Below are positions 19,764 through 30,035 of a DNA stretch of 64,000 nt, piece by piece; position 1 is the stretch's first letter; every line of letters starts with the position of its first letter. A program made the translations under genes and the position numbers. This DNA is from Candidatus Binatia bacterium (GTDB lineage Bacteria > Desulfobacterota > Binatia > Bin18). The notes below the pieces were generated by a model. It was not told where the DNA came from. It searched no databases and worked only from the letters and a program-made list of their open reading frames with translations. The DNA lies in NCBI GenBank assembly GCA_963666315.2, contig CAXXHG010000008.1, positions 64,001 through 128,000 of the forward strand, in the 5' to 3' direction.

Positions 19764-20276
19764 CTAATAGACCCATTTCCCTTTTGTGAAACGGAAGATT
19801 TCGGAGACCTGACTCGTTCCGGCCTGTTCGAAGGGGCCTTTGAGGGCTGCTTCTTTGGTCTTTCCCGCGCAGCGCATCTTTTTCTTGTAATACCTGAGGA
19901 CCCCAATAAAAGGCGTTACTTTTGATTCTGTAGGTTTTACATCGGTGTAGCGGTGGGGGAGGTAGCCGGTATATTCGGCGACAAACCCCTCTACCGCTTG
20001 TGTCATCCTCATCTTCTTCTTTTTCTGAAAATCTTCGGTTCTGATTAATTTTTTCATCCAGGCCCGAGTGAATGTATCAAAACCCTCACGCGCGGCATCC
20101 TCTGCTTTGTCCTGAGCAGAGCGCGCGGGGATTTGGTTCTGGGCAAGGCGATGCTGTGTCTCTCCTGTGACCGCTCCGTCATACACTGAAGAGGGCCCTG
20201 CTAAGGTAAGGCCGGGAAAGGCAAGCGCATTCAGCGAAAAAAAGGTACGATAAAAAATACGTCTGTAACAAACCAT
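19764..20276 (-). CDS. Hypothetical exported protein
   Basis: Open frame with a signal-like N-terminus, ending FRFTKGKWVY. Start placed at ATG 20276 because the longer start lies inside the ompA terminator. Confidence 0.6.
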   Translation of the reverse strand: MVCYRRIFYRTFFSLNALAFPGLTLAGPSSVYDGAVTGETQHRLAQNQIPARSAQDKAEDAAREGFDTFTRAWMKKLIRTEDFQKKKKMRMTQAVEGFVAEYTGYLPHRYTDVKPTESKVTPFIGVLRYYKKKMRCAGKTKEAALKGPFEQAGTSQVSEIFRFTKGKWVY

Positions 20277-20308
20277 GGGCCAATAATGGATTTGTGATGT
20301 GGGAATGT

Positions 20309-20353
20309 AAAAAGGGCGGGATTGGTTTTCTGTGACCAAGCTCCCGCCCTTTT
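20309..20353 (-). terminator. Intrinsic terminator downstream of the OmpA gene (potentially bidirectional)
   Basis: AAAAAGGGCGGGA-TTGGT...ACCAA-GC-TCCCGCCCTTTT: GC-rich stem with A/T tracts on both sides. Confidence 0.85.
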
Positions 20354-20414
20354 GTGTTGCTGACGCCAGATGAGACGAGCAGCCTCATCTCATCTGGGAC
20401 GATGAAGGCTGAGC

Positions 20415-21086
20415 TTATTGGATAATAAGCTCAGCCCTTCGATTCATGGCACGCCCTTCCGGGTTGTCGGTGCCGTCCTCGTTGGTGTTGGGCGCGATAG
20501 GGTCGCTTTCCCCTCGACCAGCGATTTCGAGCCGGTCGGCATCAACGCCTTTGCCTACCAGGTAGACTTTCACTGCGCCGGCACGTCCCTCCGACAGGGC
20601 CTGGTTATAGGCTTCAGAGCCGATAGAATCCGTATGCCCTTCGACTAAGAGCTTCACCTCAGAGTTTTCCTGCAGAATGCGAGCGGCCTCGTCCAGAACA
20701 GGTTCGAATTCGAGCTTCACGTCCGACTTGTCAAAGTCGAAAGTAATACCACGTAGGATGATTTCCTCAGGTATTTCTACTGGCGGCGGTGGTGGTGGTG
20801 GTGGTGGTGGTGGTGGTGGTGGTGGTGGTGGTGGCGGTGCTTGAGCCCTCACTGAGTGGTAACCCAGCACAGCACCAACGAGCGCACCAATTCCCGCTCC
20901 AACACTGACAGCGAGGTATGTTTTGTCATTATCATCCCCCAGCCCTGTCCCAGCCACTGCTCCGATGCTACCACCAATTAGAGCGCCGTACACCGCCCGT
21001 TTTCCTCTAGGCGTTGAACAGCTAGCGACTAGAAAGAGGAGAACGATTATCCAGGTCAGATGAAGTCCTCTACCTCCTCGTATCAT
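20415..21086 (-). CDS. OmpA-family lipoprotein with glycine zipper and polyproline linker
   Basis: Lipobox LVAS-C, GxxxG zipper, 19 Pro, FDFDKS, EGHTDSIG, YNQALSEGRA, NRR. Confidence 0.93.
   Translation of the reverse strand: MIRGGRGLHLTWIIVLLFLVASCSTPRGKRAVYGALIGGSIGAVAGTGLGDDNDKTYLAVSVGAGIGALVGAVLGYHSVRAQAPPPPPPPPPPPPPPPPPPPVEIPEEIILRGITFDFDKSDVKLEFEPVLDEAARILQENSEVKLLVEGHTDSIGSEAYNQALSEGRAGAVKVYLVGKGVDADRLEIAGRGESDPIAPNTNEDGTDNPEGRAMNRRAELIIQ
20781..20837 (-). repeat. Trinucleotide repeat encoding 19 Pro, including 15 consecutive CCA codons
   Basis: Perfect (TGG)15 on the + strand at 20790-20834. Confidence 0.95.
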
Positions 21087-21252
21087 CTCCTAATCTCCTT
21101 TCCTTCCCTCCCCCTCCGTCTAGCTAAACGGATAGGGGCAAAATAAGCGACAATAACTCCAACCGAAAGTATACCCCAAGATCGTCTAACAGAAAAATCC
21201 TATGCGGACAAGGGTAAGTAACGATGCCAAAGGCTTCCCTACATTCTCCCGC

Positions 21253-22455
21253 CTATGCGGCGCGTAGCGCCGCAAGACCTGGCAAATCTCCCGATTCGAG
21301 AAACTGGAGCGTAGCTCCGCCTCCGGTTGAAATATGGCTGATCTGGTCAGCAAGATGAGTCTGGGTGAGTGCGGCGACCGTGTCTCCTCCGCCGGCTACG
21401 CTGTAGCACGCTGGGACAGCCGCCACTGCTTCAGCGACGGATCGAGTGCCCTGGTCGAATGGCGGCTGTTCAAAGATGCCCATAGGTCCGTTCCACAGCA
21501 CGGTGCGTGCGGATTGGATAACCGTGCGAAACGCGCGGGCAGTCTGCGGTCCGATGTCGACACCCAGACTATCCCTCGGTACGTCTACCCCGGAGGTGAT
21601 TGAAGATGGGACGTTTGTCTTCAGTCCAGTCACTATAACGTGGTCTTGTGGCAGATGAATGGCGACGCCTCGGTTTGCTGCTAGGGCAAGCATGGCCTTG
21701 GCTTCTTCGACTTTCTCTTGCTCGACGAGCGATCGACCGATTTGTATGCCCTGGGCCTGCAGAAGAGTGTACGCCATAGCCCCGCCGATGATGATATGAT
21801 CAGCGCGTGCGAGCAGGCTCCGGATGAGTCCGATTTTGTCCGAGACTTTTGCGCCACCCAGGATTGCGACAAAGGGATGTTCGGGGGAGGACAACAGAGA
21901 CGACAGGGCGTGGATTTCTTTGCGCATCAGAAAACCAACAGCCTGCTCTTCGAAATATTGGACGACGCCGACCACAGAGGCATGCGATCGGTGTGACGAT
22001 CCAAAAGCGTCATTGATATACACATCGGCCAATGCCGATAGGTCCTGGCTAAAGGTGGGATCGTTGGCCTCCTCTTCCGCATGAAAACGGAGATTCTCGA
22101 GGATGAGCACGGCTCCAGCGGCAAGCTGCCGGACGTGCTGTTGAACTCCGGTGCCTACGCAATCGGCGGCACGTGTAACAGCTGAGCCCAGCAGCTCTTG
22201 GAGCCGCTCTGCTGCCGGCTTCAGGCTGAGTTTCGGTTTGACCTTCCCTTTGGGGCGTCCGAGATGAGAAGCCAGAATGACTTTTGCTCCCTGCCGAATG
22301 GCATGCTGGATAGTTGGCAGTGCTGCACGGATCCGCGTATCGTCACTGATTTGCTGCCCGGACGTGAGGGGGACATTAAAATCGACTCGAATCAGGACCC
22401 GTTTTTGCGCCAGCGATAATCGATCAATGGCTGGGAGTTGTGCGTGGAGTTGCAT
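21253..22455 (-). CDS. pgk: Phosphoglycerate kinase
   Basis: RVDFNVP, SHLGRP, ENLRF, GGAKVSDK, WNGPMG, HISTGGGA. Confidence 0.98.
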   Translation of the reverse strand: MQLHAQLPAIDRLSLAQKRVLIRVDFNVPLTSGQQISDDTRIRAALPTIQHAIRQGAKVILASHLGRPKGKVKPKLSLKPAAERLQELLGSAVTRAADCVGTGVQQHVRQLAAGAVLILENLRFHAEEEANDPTFSQDLSALADVYINDAFGSSHRSHASVVGVVQYFEEQAVGFLMRKEIHALSSLLSSPEHPFVAILGGAKVSDKIGLIRSLLARADHIIIGGAMAYTLLQAQGIQIGRSLVEQEKVEEAKAMLALAANRGVAIHLPQDHVIVTGLKTNVPSSITSGVDVPRDSLGVDIGPQTARAFRTVIQSARTVLWNGPMGIFEQPPFDQGTRSVAEAVAAVPACYSVAGGGDTVAALTQTHLADQISHISTGGGATLQFLESGDLPGLAALRAA

Positions 22456-22498
22456 TGGTCTTGAAATTATATGGGGCGCGATAGTTTGGAAAGAAGGG

Positions 22499-22534
22499 CC
22501 AGATGACCAGGATGAGCAGGATGCACAGGGTCAA
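22499..22534. repeat. Degenerate 9-bp tandem repeat (x4)
   Basis: CCAGATGAC CAGGATGAG CAGGATGCA CAGGGTCAA in the lon-pgk spacer. Confidence 0.55.
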
Positions 22535-22621
22535 GGAAGAAAAGGAGAACAATACCACGGCAGGGAGAAGGGCGTCTCGACTGCCGCTCTCGGACCTCTC
22601 CTTTTCGTGCTTTTTGCGGGC

Positions 22622-25057
22622 CTACGAGGGTGGTACTTCTTGCCGAAATTCGGTCTTGGATGGAGCGACGGGGACAGGGGCCGCTTCTAATGCAATATCA
22701 AGTACCTCGCCGATGACGTCGACAAAACGAAATTTCATTTCCTTGCGAACGTTGAGCGGGATATCCTCGAGATCTTTTTCATTGTGCTGTGGTAAAATGA
22801 CGGTGGTCACACCGGCACGCCGAGCGGCCAACACTTTTTCTTTGACACCACCTATCGGCATCACCTTGCCTCGCAAAGTAATTTCACCCGTCATGGCAAC
22901 ATCCTGACGGACCTTACGGCCGGTTAATAGAGAAGCAAGCGTCGTGACCATAGTCACCCCGGCGGAAGGCCCGTCTTTGGGAATAGCTCCCGCAGGAACG
23001 TGAATATGGAGATCACATTTTTCGTAGAAATCAGGGGGGATGTTCAAGCGATCGGCTTGGGATCGGACGTAGGAGAGGGCGGTTTGGGCTGACTCTTTCA
23101 TGACCTCACCCAGATGGCCGGTCAGTGTCAAGCTCTTTTTTCCCGCCATACGAGTGGCCTCGATAAATAAGATGTCTCCACCATTTGGTGTCCATGCGAG
23201 TCCGATCGCGACCCCGGGTTCTTGGGTACGCTCGGCAACCTCGGGGAGGAACTTAATAGGTCCGAGCAGGTCTGTCACTTTCTCCTCGGTAATCGTTGTT
23301 TTTTCCGTTTGCCCTTCTGTGACTGCCCGAGCGACTTTCCGACACACTGCGCCAATTTCTCGTTCAAGATTCCGCACGCCTGCTTCGTGCGTATACCCGC
23401 TGGTAATGCGCGACACGGCTTCATCGGTAAATGCGATCAACTCATTTGTTAAGCCGTTTTCGATAATTTGCTTAGGCAGGATGTGACGTTTCGCAATTTC
23501 GAGCTTTTCTTCCTCCGTATATCCGGCGAGTTCAATTACCTCCATCCGGTCTCTGAGTGCCGGCGGAACTGGTTCCAGGTAATTGGCAGTGGTGATGAAC
23601 ATGACCTTAGAGAGGTCAAAAGGAACGTCGAGATAGTGGTCGGAGAACGAAAAATTCTGTTCAGGGTCCAACACTTCAAGCAGTGCCGAAGATGGATCGC
23701 CCCGGAAATCCGTTCCCAGCTTGTCGATCTCATCCAGCATGAAGAGCGGGTTATTGGAACCGGCTTTGCGCAAGGACTGAATAATGCGGCCAGGCAGAGA
23801 GCCGATATAGGTCCGCCGGTGTCCGCGAATCTCGGCTTCATCTCTCACTCCGCCCAGCGAGAGGCGCACAAATTTGCGCCCTATGGCGCGCGCGATAGAG
23901 CGTCCGAGGGAGGTCTTACCCACACCTGGGGGACCGACAAAACAGAGAATGGGCCCCTTGGAGTCTTGTTTCAGTTTGCGCACGGCTAAATACTCGAGAA
24001 TGCGATCCTTGATCTTTTCCAGATCGTAATGGTCTTCGTCGAGGACCTGACGGGCATGCGGAATATCGAGATTGTCGTCCGTTGAGGTCGACCAGGGGAG
24101 ATGGACGAGCCATTCGAGATAGGTGCGAACCATAGAATGCTCGGCGGACTCAGGCGGAATGATCTTCAGACGCTCAAATTCATTATCGGCGGTTTTGAGT
24201 GCCTCTTCCGGCATGTTGGCTTCGTCTATCTTCTTACGCAGATCATCCAGATCGCTCGAATGCGAGTCGCTTTCTCCGAGTTCCTTTTGGATTGCTCGCA
24301 TCTGCTGGCGTAAATAGAATTCCTTCTGGTTTTTATTGAGTTCGGTTTGCACCTGCGACTGAATTTTGTGGCCCAGCTCAACCAGTTCGACCTCTCGGCT
24401 TAAGATGACAGACAGTTTTTCCAAACGGGCCCGGACACTGAGGGTATTGAGCAGGTCTTGTTTTTCATCGACCGAGACATTCAGGTTCGAGGCGATGAGA
24501 TCGGTGACCTTAGCCGGGTCTTTGATATTCACGACCACCCCTTGGAGTTCGTCCGGCAGATACGGCACCATCGAGATAAATTTGGCGAACTGGCTGACCA
24601 TATGAGCCTGAAGGGCGTCTAAGTCGCGGGATTTCTCAGCGTCGCTCTGGAGTCGGACAACCTGGGCACGGTAGTATGGTTCAACTTGCAGATACTCCCG
24701 AATATCGATGCGGTGCAGCCCTTGGACCAAGATGCGCATGCTCCCGTCAGGGTATTTGAGCATTTTTAAAATGCGGCCGGCGCTGCCGCGTGAGTAGAGG
24801 GCTGGTGGAGCCGGGGCTTCGTCTTCTGGATTTTTTTGGGCTGCGAGTCCGAGCATGTTGTCATTACTGCGACAGTCTTCAACGAGCTTGAGGGACGCCT
24901 CGCGTGAAATAAGGAGCGGGACTATGGCGGCAGGAAAAATGACAACGCCACGCAAAGGCAAAATCGGCAGCTCCGCAGGAATGATGACGTCACTCAGGTC
25001 TTCTTCAAAACCGACTACGCCGTGTTCCGTCGTCACACCGACTTTGATTTCTGCCAT
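22622..25057 (-). CDS. lon: ATP-dependent protease La
   Basis: LPILPLRG N-domain, GPPGVGKTS Walker A, MLDEIDK, PKDGPSAG catalytic Ser, GVKEK. Confidence 0.98.
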   Translation of the reverse strand: MAEIKVGVTTEHGVVGFEEDLSDVIIPAELPILPLRGVVIFPAAIVPLLISREASLKLVEDCRSNDNMLGLAAQKNPEDEAPAPPALYSRGSAGRILKMLKYPDGSMRILVQGLHRIDIREYLQVEPYYRAQVVRLQSDAEKSRDLDALQAHMVSQFAKFISMVPYLPDELQGVVVNIKDPAKVTDLIASNLNVSVDEKQDLLNTLSVRARLEKLSVILSREVELVELGHKIQSQVQTELNKNQKEFYLRQQMRAIQKELGESDSHSSDLDDLRKKIDEANMPEEALKTADNEFERLKIIPPESAEHSMVRTYLEWLVHLPWSTSTDDNLDIPHARQVLDEDHYDLEKIKDRILEYLAVRKLKQDSKGPILCFVGPPGVGKTSLGRSIARAIGRKFVRLSLGGVRDEAEIRGHRRTYIGSLPGRIIQSLRKAGSNNPLFMLDEIDKLGTDFRGDPSSALLEVLDPEQNFSFSDHYLDVPFDLSKVMFITTANYLEPVPPALRDRMEVIELAGYTEEEKLEIAKRHILPKQIIENGLTNELIAFTDEAVSRITSGYTHEAGVRNLEREIGAVCRKVARAVTEGQTEKTTITEEKVTDLLGPIKFLPEVAERTQEPGVAIGLAWTPNGGDILFIEATRMAGKKSLTLTGHLGEVMKESAQTALSYVRSQADRLNIPPDFYEKCDLHIHVPAGAIPKDGPSAGVTMVTTLASLLTGRKVRQDVAMTGEITLRGKVMPIGGVKEKVLAARRAGVTTVILPQHNEKDLEDIPLNVRKEMKFRFVDVIGEVLDIALEAAPVPVAPSKTEFRQEVPPS

Positions 25058-25195
25058 ATAGATCTCTCCTTCACTTCTCTCCCAGCTAACTCGTCTTCTC
25101 TATAAAAAACATATTACATGGTCTCTGCTTGCACAAGTGGGAAACTCTCGTTACAACCTTCGGCACCCTCTGGGCGGAAGTTAAGAAGTTAAATA

Positions 25196-25612
25196 GTGGA
25201 CGAAGAAAAGCGTTTCAGTCTTGAGCAAGCCGACGACTTGATCCCACACATGGAATTAGCCGTTGAAAAAATGCAACGTATCGGGATGCGCGTACGCGCG
25301 GAGATGGGTACACTGTCCGCAGAGCAATGCCCCTCAGGGCAGTCTCAACACGTCCTCCACTTAAGACCTGCACTGCGACCCTTATTCGAGGACATGGCGC
25401 AGGTCGTTCAGCAGATTGAACAGCTGGGGGGGCGGTTCAAAGGACTAGAGCTGGGCCTGGTTGACTTCCCTGCTTGTGTTGATGGGGAGGAGGTCTATCT
25501 GTGCTGGCAATATGGCGAAAAAGAGATTGCTTTTTATCACAAACGGGATGAGGGCTTTGCCGACCGTCGGACGATTGGGGCCCGTACGCGTAAGCCGCAA
25601 TACGAGCAGTGA
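25196..25612 (+). CDS. DUF2203 family protein
   Basis: FSLEQA..LIP, KGLELGLVDFP, VYLCWQYGE, H..EGF..R. Confidence 0.85.
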   Translation: MDEEKRFSLEQADDLIPHMELAVEKMQRIGMRVRAEMGTLSAEQCPSGQSQHVLHLRPALRPLFEDMAQVVQQIEQLGGRFKGLELGLVDFPACVDGEEVYLCWQYGEKEIAFYHKRDEGFADRRTIGARTRKPQYEQ

Positions 25613-25618
25613 AGGACT

Positions 25619-26374
25619 GTGGTGAAACGCTACGACGCGGTGCTGTTCGATTTGTTCGGAACGGTGGCTCTCTTCAATCAAGAGAAATTGCCGGTTTTTG
25701 AATGGAAGGGACGCACCACGCGCTCGACCATGGGACGCTTGCGGGACGTGGTTACGGGAACTGTGCCCGCATTATCTTTCGAAGACTTTTACCAGGCCCT
25801 GACTGAGGTGAATCAAGAGCTCGCCGACATCCGCACCAAGGAGATGCGCGAGATTGTGTCTGCCCGACGTTTTACTCTGACTCTGGTCCGTGCCGGCTTG
25901 GATGACACTGCGGCCACCGCTGCACTGGGCGAAACCTTGTCTTTGGCTCATATGCAGCTGCTCGCTGCCGCGACAGGAATTCCTGCGACGCATGTGCAGC
26001 TGATAGCACGAACGCGCGCGCACTATCGGACCGCCCTTGTCTCAAACTTCGATCATGGTCCCACTGCACGCCAAGTACTCCAAAACGGACAGGTAACCGA
26101 GTACTTTGAACACATTGTCATTTCAGCCGAGCACGGTTGGCGGAAGCCGCACCGTAAAATTTTTCTCGATACGCTCTCTCGGCTCAATATAACCCCAGCG
26201 CATGCCCTCTTTGTGGGAGACTCGCCGCAAGACGATATTGTCGGCGCTGGACAAGTCGGGATGGACATCGCCTGGGTCAATAGGTCAGGTGCAGAGCCTC
26301 CTGAGGGATGCCCCCGTCCACGCTATACCGTGCGGGCTATCCCTGAGTTGCAGTCGGTGTTGTTCCCTTGGTGA
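25619..26374 (+). CDS. HAD-family hydrolase
   Basis: FDLFGT, VSNFD, RKP, VGDSPQDD. Confidence 0.9.
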   Translation: MVKRYDAVLFDLFGTVALFNQEKLPVFEWKGRTTRSTMGRLRDVVTGTVPALSFEDFYQALTEVNQELADIRTKEMREIVSARRFTLTLVRAGLDDTAATAALGETLSLAHMQLLAAATGIPATHVQLIARTRAHYRTALVSNFDHGPTARQVLQNGQVTEYFEHIVISAEHGWRKPHRKIFLDTLSRLNITPAHALFVGDSPQDDIVGAGQVGMDIAWVNRSGAEPPEGCPRPRYTVRAIPELQSVLFPW

Positions 26375-26428
26375 ACTCCTTATAGTCAACTCCTGCACGG
26401 ATCCGCCTCGGAGCTTGCTCAGCATCCC

Positions 26429-26896
26429 ATGCCACGTAAACCTCAAATCGCTGTTATCGGTGGCAGCAATCCGTCCGCTGAAGTGGAGGGCTGGGCGGAA
26501 GAGGTTGGGAGTCTCATTGCGCAGCACGACGCTGTCGTTATATGCGGCGGACTCGGTGGTGTTATGGCGGCGGCTGTGCGAGGTGCAGCACGGAACAACG
26601 GGCTGAGTGTTGGCATCCTCCCCTCGTATGACGTACACACTGCTGCGCCCGGAATTTCTATCACCATCCCGACCGGGCTTGGACACGCGCGCAATATGCT
26701 TGTTGTTGCATCCGGAGATGCGGTGATTGCCCTGGCCGGCTCGTCCGGAACGCTGTCTGAGATCGCGCTGGCGCTGGCCCTCAACAAAACCGTGGCCGCT
26801 CTTCGTGCCTGGTCCCATATTGAAGGCGTCCGTGTTATCCAGACTCCGCAGGACGCCGTTCAACTCGCACTGCGAGCCGCCAGCCAGAACGCTTAA
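26429..26896 (+). CDS. TIGR00725/LOG (SLOG) family protein
   Basis: IAVIGG, CGGLGGVM, VGILP, TGLGHARN, GTLSE. Confidence 0.88.
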   Translation: MPRKPQIAVIGGSNPSAEVEGWAEEVGSLIAQHDAVVICGGLGGVMAAAVRGAARNNGLSVGILPSYDVHTAAPGISITIPTGLGHARNMLVVASGDAVIALAGSSGTLSEIALALALNKTVAALRAWSHIEGVRVIQTPQDAVQLALRAASQNA

Positions 26897-27037
26897 AGTG
26901 CGGGAGCGCTTAGTGTGGTGAGTTGAGAATCTCCCCGATACCCATTATACAAGAGCCTGCAAGAGCCTGAGTGGGAAGCCGGTGCGAGGGGACAGTCTAA
27001 AAGTCCATATCTTCTGCGCGAAAAGGAAGGAAAACGA

Positions 27038-27340
27038 ATGGCAGCGAAAGATTCTCGATCTGATAATGATACTGCGGTGAGTATGAAACGTATTGAACGC
27101 TTTCTCAAATTACTGACGTGGCAGCTGTTTCTTTTGATTGCGCTGGCAGCCTTTATGGTGCTCGGACCAAGGCCCGGCCGCTACCAGATTGTGCCGCCCT
27201 TTACCGTGCCAGGAGGCCAAGTACTGATATTTGATACAGCAACAACCAGGGCTGACGTCATCTCCCTCCAAGAGAAAATCGAGGGGGCCAGAAGTGCTGC
27301 AGGAACCTCGCCCGCAGCGCCGCCCCAGGCTGGCCAGTAA
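27038..27340 (+). CDS. Hypothetical single-pass membrane protein
   Basis: RBS AAGGAAGG, one hydrophobic segment followed by GRYQ, co-oriented with neighbours. Confidence 0.55.
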   Translation: MAAKDSRSDNDTAVSMKRIERFLKLLTWQLFLLIALAAFMVLGPRPGRYQIVPPFTVPGGQVLIFDTATTRADVISLQEKIEGARSAAGTSPAAPPQAGQ

Positions 27341-27368
27341 AGGCCGGCGGCAAGAAGGAAAAGATGTG

Positions 27369-28328
27369 ATGCATCCGCTTGGAATAGTCCTCTCGACGGC
27401 AACTTCGGCGCCGCCAAAAGAATTTGTGGAACTCGGCCGGATCGCTGAAGATAAGGGATTTGCCGCCGTTTTAGTCAATGAGGGCAGGGGGGATGCCCTG
27501 GCCTGCGCAGAAGCGATTGCGCTGGGAACGTCTCATATCAAGGTGGGAACGAATATTGCCAATATCTATTTTCGGCATCCATTTTTGGCTGGGATGACGG
27601 CGACAACGATTTCAGAGTTATCGAATGGACGGCTGATCCTTGGTCTTGGGATGAGCCACCGTCCCCTACTAGAATCACTGGGCATCACCATGGATCAACC
27701 CCGTCAGTATATGCGGTCGTATGTCACCTCTTTGAATACGCTGTTTCGCGGTGAGTCACTGAGTTCCTTTCACCGTCCACAGAAGAGTACGTATAAAATT
27801 CCCGTGTATGTTGGTGCGGTGACGGTTGAAAGTGCAGAAGTGGGAGGAGAGCTGGCTGACGGAATTATGCCGTTTCTTCCAGCACTGACCTATTTAACGC
27901 AGCTGGTTGAGGCAGCTACAAGCGCTGCGCAGCGCGTAGGGAAAGATCCCGAGCAGATCGACTGTATTGTCAGCATTCCCACGTTTATCTGTGACGATAT
28001 CGAACAGGCCCGATCAGCAGCGCAGTATAACCTTGCTTTTTTCGCGAATTTGCCCTTCTACCGCAAACAATGGCGGCGGTGTGGCTTTGTGGATGAAGTC
28101 GATGCGCTCCAAGAAGCTTGGAGAAAGGGAAACCGCCGTGCTGCGGCTGAGTGTGTGTCGGATCGCATGGTCGATCAGGTGTGTGTATTCGGCCCGCCAA
28201 GTCAATGTAAGGAGCAACTTGCGGCGTTCCACGAAGCCGGAGCCGCCATGCCTGTCCTGGCAGTGAGTCCGGTGAATGAAGATCGGCTGGCCGCAACGCG
28301 CAACGCGCTGGATGTGCTTGCGCCGTAG
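27369..28328 (+). CDS. LLM-class (luciferase-like) flavin/F420-dependent oxidoreductase
   Basis: AEDKGF, IKVGTNIANI..RHP, SNGRLILGLG, IPVYVGA, ADG. Confidence 0.88.
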   Translation: MHPLGIVLSTATSAPPKEFVELGRIAEDKGFAAVLVNEGRGDALACAEAIALGTSHIKVGTNIANIYFRHPFLAGMTATTISELSNGRLILGLGMSHRPLLESLGITMDQPRQYMRSYVTSLNTLFRGESLSSFHRPQKSTYKIPVYVGAVTVESAEVGGELADGIMPFLPALTYLTQLVEAATSAAQRVGKDPEQIDCIVSIPTFICDDIEQARSAAQYNLAFFANLPFYRKQWRRCGFVDEVDALQEAWRKGNRRAAAECVSDRMVDQVCVFGPPSQCKEQLAAFHEAGAAMPVLAVSPVNEDRLAATRNALDVLAP

Positions 28329-28535
28329 AGATCCAAAGAGCTGTCGTATCCCGTGCCAGCCGTCTTTACCCACACCAGCTTATAATCAGAGCTACTATAA
28401 ATTACACCAAAACTTCATGCGCCTTATATTGCTGAATGAACGCTCATATTTTATAATCGTGTGAAAAAATATGACAGGGTCTTTTCTCTACAACAGGAGT
28501 CTGAGGCAAGAGAAGGAGAAGGGAGGTTACTCTTG

Positions 28536-29942
28536 ATGAGGCGTATTATCTCGATTTTAGGGGTCATTTCCCTGTGGATGAGTGTGCAACCCAGCCTTGC
28601 TGCGCAAGAGTCCGGACAAAAAACTTGGAAAACCGTACAGGAGCTGTCCGAAGCCGAGCTGGCTGAGGTCGCACTAGAGTCAGACACCCAACGTCATGCT
28701 CAGATACCCTATCTTCCTGCAGAACCATACCCATTTGTGTCTCCCTACACAGCAGAAGAGATGGGCTACCGTGCCATGGAATTCACTCCGCGTACACGAT
28801 GGTCATCGGTGGTCGCAAATTCCTGGGCATCGATTGCCGCTCAAGGTGTATTACTCAATCCTGGTAGCTCGATTACATTTGTAAAATATGATCCGACAAC
28901 CATGGGCGTCGGAAAAGTCTTAGCTCTAGCGCCTGGCGAAGAGATCTACCGTTCTCTTAGTCAGGCCACTGCCCCGCCTGCTGCAGAGGGCGGACAGTGG
29001 TTGGCGATTCGCTACCGAACGGACAAGGAATCTATTACAAAAGAGGAGAGGTTCCGCTACTCGCCTTCTATCCGCCGGGTTCGTCATCAGGCACCACCCC
29101 GACGCCAAAGTAATTTCCCAAACATGGCCTTGACCCCTGACGATGCGATCGGGCGGGATGCCTGGGAATTTTCGTGGCGGCTCATTGGTACGGACGTACT
29201 CTACCAAACGGTTCGCTTTCCCAATACACGCCCGACCATCATTCTTCGCGATGGGGAATCCCGCCAGTTCCGTGAGGTTCAGACCGCGAGTATCAAACTG
29301 ATGGGCGACTCCTATTCTCGTTACACGGCGGACGGTGGCGTCGAGTGCTATGTGGTGGAGGCAGTGACGCGCAAGGAGTGGCTGCCCGACTACTATATGC
29401 CGCGTATCTTATACTGGCTGGAGAAATCTTCGTTTTTCCCCCTGCGCGGGGAGCAGTACGGCTCTGATGGGAATCTTGATCACATTGAGGTCCGTCTCGC
29501 CCAACTATTCAATCCCGGCCTGAGCGAACGCGGCTACGGTACTTTTATTATCTCCCACTGGGATATGCGGACCGATATTATGTCCTATCTGGTCAACGAT
29601 AGTCACAAGGTGATGGACTGGAAACCCGAAGAAGCATCAGTTTTCTTCAGTCCGGACTTCATGCGTCGTCAGTGGTATCTCGATACCTCTATCAAGACCC
29701 AGGCCATGGTGTCCTATCCGGAGGAATATTTTATGCGCCCGGCTGTTCAAGCCGAGAAATTCCCGGGTGAGCGTCCGATCCAACTTCCAGCTGAACTTGC
29801 CGCACTGATTAAAGCCCAAAATGCAGCCGGGCATCTCGTCTTTGAGGGCAAGGAAGCTCTGTCGAAGGACCAAGTACCCTCGGAGTCTGCAGCTGAGCTG
29901 GGAGATCGATCCGTCACGGCCTTGGCCCGCGAGATCCGTTAG
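28536..29942 (+). CDS. Exported DUF1329 / lipoprotein-sorting-like protein
   Basis: Signal peptide after GGGAGG, YSPSIRRVR, DDAIGRD, CYVVEA, YW-EK..FFPLRGEQY. Confidence 0.65.
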   Translation: MRRIISILGVISLWMSVQPSLAAQESGQKTWKTVQELSEAELAEVALESDTQRHAQIPYLPAEPYPFVSPYTAEEMGYRAMEFTPRTRWSSVVANSWASIAAQGVLLNPGSSITFVKYDPTTMGVGKVLALAPGEEIYRSLSQATAPPAAEGGQWLAIRYRTDKESITKEERFRYSPSIRRVRHQAPPRRQSNFPNMALTPDDAIGRDAWEFSWRLIGTDVLYQTVRFPNTRPTIILRDGESRQFREVQTASIKLMGDSYSRYTADGGVECYVVEAVTRKEWLPDYYMPRILYWLEKSSFFPLRGEQYGSDGNLDHIEVRLAQLFNPGLSERGYGTFIISHWDMRTDIMSYLVNDSHKVMDWKPEEASVFFSPDFMRRQWYLDTSIKTQAMVSYPEEYFMRPAVQAEKFPGERPIQLPAELAALIKAQNAAGHLVFEGKEALSKDQVPSESAAELGDRSVTALAREIR

Positions 29943-29974
29943 ACCCGCGAGATCCACTAGATCTGCTAGACCCG
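29930..29974. repeat. Degenerate 9-bp tandem repeat (x5) spanning the stop codon
   Basis: CGAGATCCG TTAGACCCG CGAGATCCA CTAGATCTG CTAGACCCG. Confidence 0.7.
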
Positions 29975-30035
29975 TTGCATCTTCTTGCTTCGTGTTTCCT
30001 TGCCCTGACCGCCGGCATGGGATAGGCAACGGCCT

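Noticed and set aside
26960-27000. GGGAAGCCGGTGCGA resembling the start of a cobalamin riboswitch core
   Set aside because: The complementary CCGG/GCCCCCGC-ACTGT and B12-box elements do not follow, and the downstream gene has no B12 link.
29930-29974. CRISPR array (also considered for 22499-22534 and 40619-40678)
   Set aside because: Units are 9-10 bp with no unique spacers, and there are no cas genes.
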